DNA of 64,000 nucleotides from Gemmatimonadota bacterium (GTDB taxonomy: Bacteria > Gemmatimonadota > Gemmatimonadetes > Gemmatimonadales > GWC2-71-9): positions 143,006 through 207,005 of the forward strand of contig JBDHAB010000004.1 in assembly GCA_039588295.1 (NCBI GenBank), in the 5' to 3' direction. The notes beneath the pieces were generated by a model, which was given only the letters and a program-made list of their open reading frames with translations, was not told where the DNA came from and did no database searches. Numbering within the stretch: the stretch's first letter is position 1; every line of letters begins with the position of its first letter. Position numbers and translations under genes: made by a program. This document shows positions 58,256 to 64,000 of the stretch, one piece after another.

Positions 58256-58981
58256 GTGGCTTCCATAGCGCTCGCCGTAAAGGCGGAAGTGATCTTTGGG
58301 GCGTTCGCCGTCGCTCGGCACCGCACCGTGCGTGTCGCCGGGATCCTGGCGTTCGCGGCGATTGCCGCCTGGATGCTGAGTGGGGTCGCCCACGAGCCCC
58401 GCGTGACGGCGAGCACGCTGCTGGTGGCGGGTGGTTCGCTCGCCGCAGTTGCCGGTTCGAGACTCCTGGCCCCGGGAGCGGCGCTCGCCGCCGCTCGCCG
58501 AACCGGCGCACGATGGTGGCTTGTTCCAGTCGGCCGCCTGACGGGCGCGGTGCTCGTTGTCTCGCCCGCGGTATGGATTGGCGCCATCGCACTTGGAGGC
58601 ACCGACGATTGGCTGGCTGTCCTCAGGCTGGCGCTCGTCGGTTGGCTGTACGCCGCCGCCGTCGCGGCAGTCTCGCTGGCACTCGCTCCAGGCATCGGCG
58701 CGAGCCCTGCCGGTGCCTTGGGATTGCTCGGCGTGTGGTTCGGGGGACTCGCGCCATCCGCCATGGCCGAGCTCCTGGCACCGGTGCCCTATCTGCAACG
58801 ACCGGTCGTGCTGCTCTGGAACGCGTTACCGCTTGGCTGGCGTGCCGAGCGTTGGTGGGAGGAATCGGGCTGGCTGGACCCCACGGTGCTCGCCGTGTGG
58901 GTGGTGGTCGGCGTCCTCCTCGCTGCGCTTGGGGCCGAGCGGCCGCTCTCCGGTGAGCGAACCACGGGGCAACCGGGGTGA
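58256..58981 (+). CDS. Hydrophobic membrane protein, probable ABC-2 permease
   Basis: About 6 TM segments; overlaps the ABC ATPase start (GTGA). Confidence 0.65.
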   Translation: MASIALAVKAEVIFGAFAVARHRTVRVAGILAFAAIAAWMLSGVAHEPRVTASTLLVAGGSLAAVAGSRLLAPGAALAAARRTGARWWLVPVGRLTGAVLVVSPAVWIGAIALGGTDDWLAVLRLALVGWLYAAAVAAVSLALAPGIGASPAGALGLLGVWFGGLAPSAMAELLAPVPYLQRPVVLLWNALPLGWRAERWWEESGWLDPTVLAVWVVVGVLLAALGAERPLSGERTTGQPG

Positions 58982-59898
58982 CGTTGCTCGATTGCCGAGA
59001 AGTCGTCCGCGTGTATGGCGGTGGGCGGCGGCGGCACACGGCGCTCACCGGGGTCACGGTTCAGGCGGAGGCGGGCGAGATCATCGGCGTTGTCGGTCCC
59101 AACGGAGCGGGCAAGACGACCCTGTTGCGACTCATCGCTGGGGAGATCTCGCTCACGTCGGGCGAGCTGCTGGTCGCCGACCACCGCGCCGGGACGCGAG
59201 CCGGCCGCCGGGCAGTCGGGTTCGCGTCCGATCCTCCACTGGCCCCGGCAGAGCTCAGCGGGAGCGAATGGCTGTCGTATCTGGCGAGTCATCGCGCGGG
59301 GTCTCCGCAGGAGCGCGCACGCCTGGCGACGTCCGCGGTGGAGTTCGCTGAGCTCGGTTCGTTCGTCGGCCGTCGGATCGGCAGCTATTCACGTGGCATG
59401 ATGCAGCGGCTCGCGCTCGCTGCCGCGGCGGTGAACCGTGGACCGATCGTGGTTCTGGACGAGACGCTGAGCGGGGTCGACCCGCTGGTTCACCGCCGTC
59501 TGCGGCACCAGATTGCCCGACTGGCGTCCACGGGGAAGCTGGTCGTCATCGCGTCCCACGACCTTGTGACCGTTGAGCGGCTGGCTACCCGCGCTCTCGT
59601 CCTCTGGGCCGGCCGGATCCGGGCCGACGTCGCGGCCGCTACGCTCATCGCCGAGCGCGTAGCGGAACTCACACTGACGGGTTCGGCCCTGGCCACGGCT
59701 GATCGCGCGATCCTGCGCTATCCTGGTGCGGTGCGGACCGGGCACGGCCTCGCGATACCGCTGCGTCGTGGACTCACCATCGAGCAGGTCTTGGCGGATC
59801 TCCGTGACGACCGAATTCCAGTCGCGGCGTCGCGTGTGCGGTACAGGGCCTTGGAGGACATTCTCGTTCAGGCGGCGGCCGAGGAGCGAGTGGCATGA
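58978..59898 (+). CDS. ABC transporter ATP-binding protein
   Basis: GPNGAGKTT, YSRGMMQR, VLDETLSGVDP, ASH. Confidence 0.92.
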   Translation: MTLLDCREVVRVYGGGRRRHTALTGVTVQAEAGEIIGVVGPNGAGKTTLLRLIAGEISLTSGELLVADHRAGTRAGRRAVGFASDPPLAPAELSGSEWLSYLASHRAGSPQERARLATSAVEFAELGSFVGRRIGSYSRGMMQRLALAAAAVNRGPIVVLDETLSGVDPLVHRRLRHQIARLASTGKLVVIASHDLVTVERLATRALVLWAGRIRADVAAATLIAERVAELTLTGSALATADRAILRYPGAVRTGHGLAIPLRRGLTIEQVLADLRDDRIPVAASRVRYRALEDILVQAAAEERVA

Positions 59899-60629
59899 TC
59901 GGCCGTCGCTCCGGTCAGAGAGCAGTCCTGCTCGCGGTGCTGGTTGACCCGCTGGGTGCCATGCGGGCCACCGTCTCCCGGCCGCGACCCGCTCGGCTCC
60001 TGGCTGGGCTCGGTGTGAGCCTCCTGGCGCTGGGCGTCTGCACCTTGCCGAGACAGCTGGCACTCTTGAGCCGCGCGTTGCCGGCGGCCGGCGACGGAGT
60101 GCTGGATGCCCAACGCAACGCGTTGAGTGCCGGACTCGTACGCCTCATGTTCGTCGACCGCCTCGTGCCCTCCCCAACCCTCGTGCTCGCGGCCGCATTC
60201 CTCGTGGTGGTGGCGGAGCCGGTATTGATGCTTGCGCGGGATCGGCGCCGCGCGATTCTGGCCGTCGCGCTGCTTGGTCTGGCTCCGCTGCTGGTGGAGC
60301 GTCTCGGCGAACTTGCCATCACGTATCTGCTGCCGCTCGCTGCGTCGGTGACGCCCGGAGATGCTCTTCGTGTTCCCCACCGCTTCGTGACCGGCCCGCT
60401 CATGGCGTGGACGCACGATGCACCGGCTCCTACCTGGTTGGAAGTGGTGGACGCCCGCGTCAACGCCATCACACTCTGGTCGGTCGGGCTCTGGTCGGTG
60501 GGTCTCCGCACGCTGGACGGTGGACGCTGGGAGTTATGGCATGCAGCGTTGCCGGTTTGGTGTCTGCTCGGTGCCGGGCTGCTGACATGGGTGACAGCTC
60601 CGTTGGCGGTCGCCATCATACTCCGCTGA
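59895..60629 (+). CDS. Yip1-like polytopic membrane protein
   Basis: N-terminal VLVDP...RP, about 5 TMs, late 'N..TLW....W..GL' pattern typical of bacterial YIP1 proteins. Confidence 0.55.
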   Translation: MIGRRSGQRAVLLAVLVDPLGAMRATVSRPRPARLLAGLGVSLLALGVCTLPRQLALLSRALPAAGDGVLDAQRNALSAGLVRLMFVDRLVPSPTLVLAAAFLVVVAEPVLMLARDRRRAILAVALLGLAPLLVERLGELAITYLLPLAASVTPGDALRVPHRFVTGPLMAWTHDAPAPTWLEVVDARVNAITLWSVGLWSVGLRTLDGGRWELWHAALPVWCLLGAGLLTWVTAPLAVAIILR

Positions 60630-60848
60630 CGCTGCTCTGCTCTGCGTGTAGTCCGCCGCCGCTGCTCCCGGACACCTGCGTGCCGGTCACGTGTACCAAG
60701 ACATGATTTCTCACGGATGCCGCGCCGTGGCGGTCGCTCCACGCGGATGCGGTCTCGGCTTGCGGGAGGTGGCGTGATCGGAGGGCACGACAACTTGCGT
60801 CCCGTATCGACGGATGACGGGTGGGGTCCTCAGTGGTTCCCAACTGCA

Positions 60849-61673
60849 ATGGTCCCCTTTCTCGTGGCCGGCGCCCTGGCGGCGAATCCCGTCAACGCCC
60901 ATCCGGAACGGGCCGTCGCGATCATGGGCGCGGTTGTGTCGGCCGAGTCGGCGGAGCCACTCGAGGGGGTAACGGTCGAGTTGCTCCCACCGGGGTTGGT
61001 GCAGCAGACAGACGCCCAGGGCCGGTTCCGCTTCGCCGAATTGGAGCCAGGCCGCTACGAGGTACGGATTCGCCGGGTCGGCTTCAGGCCTCTCGGATTC
61101 GCGATCGAGGTCTCGGACCCCGACGATGACGTCGACATTGGTCGGATTCCGCTGGAGGCGTCGACTCCCATGCTGGAGGGTGTGGTCGTGGAGGCTGGCG
61201 CTGTCTCTGCACGGCTGGCCTCGGCGGGCTTCTACGCGCGGCGAGATGTGGGTGCCGGGGCGTTCATCGAGCGGGCCGAAATCGAGGAGTGGACGCCGCG
61301 CGTGGTGAGCGACGCGCTGCGGCACGTCCCCGGGGTTCGCGTGCAGCCCAACCCCAACTACGGAAGATCCCTGCAGCCCCGCCGCTCCGCGCTTGGCTAC
61401 GCCGTGGCGCCGGGCCAGGGGCGGGATCTGCGAAGGCTGCTCATTTTCTCTCCCCGGGCACCGGGAGGTCAGCAGTGCCCGCCGTTGTTCTACGTGGACG
61501 GGGTGTTCCTCGGTGACGGGATCGCGGTGGACATCGACCAACAACTTGACGTTGCCGCCGTCGAAGCGGTCGAGTTCTACGCTGGCACCGCCCGCATCCC
61601 GCCGCGGTACAATCGCCCGGGAGCCGTGTGCGGCGTGTTCCTGTTCTGGACCCGCGTCGGAGGAGACCAGTAG
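60849..61673 (+). CDS. Carboxypeptidase-regulatory-like domain plus TonB plug-like domain protein (no barrel)
   Basis: TDAQGRFRF, GRYEVRIRRVGF, GFYARR, CPPLFYVDG, VEAVEFY, CGVFLFWTR. Confidence 0.8.
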   Translation: MVPFLVAGALAANPVNAHPERAVAIMGAVVSAESAEPLEGVTVELLPPGLVQQTDAQGRFRFAELEPGRYEVRIRRVGFRPLGFAIEVSDPDDDVDIGRIPLEASTPMLEGVVVEAGAVSARLASAGFYARRDVGAGAFIERAEIEEWTPRVVSDALRHVPGVRVQPNPNYGRSLQPRRSALGYAVAPGQGRDLRRLLIFSPRAPGGQQCPPLFYVDGVFLGDGIAVDIDQQLDVAAVEAVEFYAGTARIPPRYNRPGAVCGVFLFWTRVGGDQ

Positions 61674-61835
61674 CCGAGGGCGGCTGACGCTAACGGCCCC
61701 GACCCCGTCCGTCGCCAGTGGTGTCTCCGGGTAGGGCACGTGACCGGACGCGGGCATCCAGTCCGTTGCGGGCGCCTCCGGCCCGGCCTAGCTTTCACGC
61801 CATTCATCGGACAGTTGCCGGCCCGCGCCCCACCC

Positions 61836-63287
61836 ATGAGCCTCAGACTCTTCAACACGCTCACTCGAAGCATCGAGCCGTTCCAGCCCCTCGAGCCGCC
61901 ACGGGTCACGATGTACATGTGCGGTCCCACGGTGTGGAACTACGCCCACATCGGGAATTTCCGGACCTTCGTCTTCGGCGACTTGCTGCGCCGCTATCTG
62001 GAGTATTCCGGCTACGAAGTCTTTCACATCATGAACGTGACTGATGTGGATGATCGGACCATCAAGGCGGCGGCGGAAGCCGGAGTGCAGTTGGCCGACC
62101 ACACTGCACCCTACACACAGGCGTTCTTCGACGACCGGGACTACTTGCGGATCAAGCCGGCGCATCTCTACCCAACGGCCACCGGCTACGTGGAACCGAT
62201 GGTGACGCTCGTCCAGCGATTGATTGAGCAGGGGCTTGCCTACGTCGGCGACGATCAGTCGGTGTACTTCGCAGTGGATCGGTTTGCGCCATACGGTCGG
62301 TTGTCGCGTTTGGACAAGCGGGAGCTTCGGGCGGGCGCTCGGGTCGCGAGCGATGAATACGGGAAAGACGATGTCCGCGACTTCGCGCTCTGGAAGGCGG
62401 CCAGCGAGGTGGATGAGCGGGTCGGGGCTGCCTGGGATGCGCCGTTTGGACGGGGCCGACCCGGATGGCATCTTGAGTGCTCGGCGATGGCGCTCACCGA
62501 GGTGCGCGAGCGGTTCGGGGTCGAGACGTTGGACATTCACGCCGGGGGAGTCGACCTGATCTTCCCTCACCACGAGAACGAGATCGCGCAATCGGAGGGT
62601 GCAACAGGGCAGCCGTTCGCACGGTACTGGTTGCACGGCGAATTCCTGTTCATCCGCGGAACGAAGATGTCGAAGCGGTTCGGGAACTTCCTGACCGTGC
62701 GTGACCTGCAAGCGGAGGGTCTCGATGCAGCGGCGGTGCGGATGCTGCTCTTCTCGACCCACTACCGCCAGCAGCTCAACTTCACCGACGACGCCCTCCA
62801 GGGCGCGCGTGAGGCGGTTCGCCGCCTGGCCGAATTTCGCGAGCGGCTCGTCGAATTCGCTGGGGCAGAGGACCCGTCCTCGGCCGAGCCGAGCGAGTTC
62901 CAGGGCTTCGAAGCTGAATTTCGGGAGGCCTTAGACGACGATCTGAATGCCCCCAAAGCGCTGGGTGCGCTCTTCTCCGTGCTGCGGGCCGCGAATCGAG
63001 CGTTGGACGAGGGGGCTTGGGGTCCGGACCAGGCCGGAGCGGTGCTGCGTGGGTTCGATCGGATCATGGCCGTGCTTGAGGTGGTGCCGGCCGGGCCCCC
63101 GGTTGCTGAGGACCTTCGGATGTGGGTAGAAGGGAAGATTGCCGAACGGGCTGCGGCCCGGCAGGCGCGGGATTTCGCGACGGCCGACGCCATCCGGGAG
63201 GAGGTCGCCGGCCGTGGGATCGAGCTCGAGGACACCCCGCAGGGGACCCGCTGGCGCCCCCGCGCCGCCGAGGGTCCCACCCCGTAG
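61836..63287 (+). CDS. cysS: Cysteine--tRNA ligase
   Basis: CGPTV, HIGN, DFALWK, GRPGWHLECSAM, FPHHENE, KMSKR. Confidence 0.97.
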   Translation: MSLRLFNTLTRSIEPFQPLEPPRVTMYMCGPTVWNYAHIGNFRTFVFGDLLRRYLEYSGYEVFHIMNVTDVDDRTIKAAAEAGVQLADHTAPYTQAFFDDRDYLRIKPAHLYPTATGYVEPMVTLVQRLIEQGLAYVGDDQSVYFAVDRFAPYGRLSRLDKRELRAGARVASDEYGKDDVRDFALWKAASEVDERVGAAWDAPFGRGRPGWHLECSAMALTEVRERFGVETLDIHAGGVDLIFPHHENEIAQSEGATGQPFARYWLHGEFLFIRGTKMSKRFGNFLTVRDLQAEGLDAAAVRMLLFSTHYRQQLNFTDDALQGAREAVRRLAEFRERLVEFAGAEDPSSAEPSEFQGFEAEFREALDDDLNAPKALGALFSVLRAANRALDEGAWGPDQAGAVLRGFDRIMAVLEVVPAGPPVAEDLRMWVEGKIAERAAARQARDFATADAIREEVAGRGIELEDTPQGTRWRPRAAEGPTP

Positions 63288-63306
63288 TGGCCGGTATCTC
63301 TAGGCG

Positions 63307-63335
63307 TTGACGCAATCTGGAGCGCTGGTTATCCT
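63307..63335 (+). promoter_or_regulatory. Sigma-70 promoter of the tRNA-tuf operon
   Basis: TTGACG-N17-TATCCT, about 25 nt before the first tRNA. Confidence 0.75.
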
Positions 63336-63359
63336 ACGTGTCTCACGAAAATCGGGTCG

Positions 63360-63435
63360 GCTGACGTAGCTCAATTGGCAGAGCAGCTGATTTGTAATCA
63401 GCAGGTTAAGGGTTCGAGTCCCTTCGTCAGCTCCA
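63360..63435 (+). tRNA. tRNA-Thr(TGT)
   Basis: GCTGACG/CGTCAGC acceptor stem, anticodon loop TTTGTAA, TTCGAG, encoded CCA. Confidence 0.95.
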
Positions 63436-63524
63436 GTTGCGTCGCAGGGGCGCCTTGGCGTCCCTGTGCTTATGAGCGGACTGCCGGGGCGCGGTCCGGT
63501 GTGCGGATGCGAGATACGGGCAAA

Positions 63525-63607
63525 GGTGGGGTGCCCGAGCGGTCAAAGGGAGCAGACTGTAAATCTGCCGGCGAACGCCTACGAAGGTTCGAATCCTTCC
63601 CCCACCA
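63525..63607 (+). tRNA. tRNA-Tyr(GTA)
   Basis: GGTGGGG/CCCCACC stem, CTGTAAA loop, long variable arm, TTCGAAT. Confidence 0.95.
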
Positions 63608-63655
63608 TGCAGCGAGGAGTCGGGTCGAGCCGGTGTCGCGAGGGGTGGTCGCTCT

Positions 63656-63728
63656 GCGGGTGTAGCTCAGTTGGTAGAGCATCAGCCTTCCAAGCTGAGG
63701 GTCGCGGGTTCGAGTCCCGTCGCCCGCT
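63656..63728 (+). tRNA. tRNA-Gly(TCC)
   Basis: GCGGGTG/CGCCCGC stem, CTTCCAA loop, TTCGAGT. Confidence 0.95.
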
Positions 63729-63732
63729 TGTC

Positions 63733-63804
<72 letters not shown>

Positions 63805-63889
63805 CTGGGTACGGACGCAGGACTTCGGCACGGTTTGGGGTGTCGGACATCCGGGTCTGGCACGGTCACCGGACAACTATACCACTTAG

Positions 63890-64000
<111 letters not shown>

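Overview
GC-rich bacterial chromosomal window, probably Gemmatimonadota (inferred from gene content, not tested). In order: (1) the end of a beta-barrel / 12-heme / tetraheme cytochrome locus; (2) housekeeping genes (CoA-binding protein, cyclophilin, iodotyrosine-deiodinase-like nitroreductase); (3) a TonB receptor-YfiR-hybrid kinase signalling trio; (4) an SQR-TusE/DsrC-DsrE sulfur cassette; (5) dinB, mtnA, an orphan hypB and a 5'-disrupted glpK; (6) ccmE-ccmF-ccmH cytochrome c maturation genes; (7) a ~25 kb accessory region (about 19.9-45.2 kb); (8) an ABC/transglutaminase/macro/TPR/cutA operon and uvrA; (9) five tandem paralogous small membrane proteins (ERLDF[A/T]ER motif) directly upstream of pspA; (10) a secreted twin-CX7C mini-protein with ABC and Yip1-like genes; (11) cysS, the tRNA-Thr-Tyr-Gly-Thr cluster and the start of tuf. 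The accessory region interleaves an OmcE-like tetraheme cytochrome, other multiheme cytochromes, NHL beta-propeller lipoproteins and an outer-membrane beta-barrel with four TMTC-like GT-C/TPR glycosyltransferases, a fifth GT-C, and GT2/GT4/flippase/radical SAM/pyruvyltransferase/methyltransferase genes. The best candidate new systems are a cytochrome-nanowire assembly plus protein-glycosylation locus, the PspB-like paralog array, and the Cys-peptide export locus. All family calls come from motifs read by eye.
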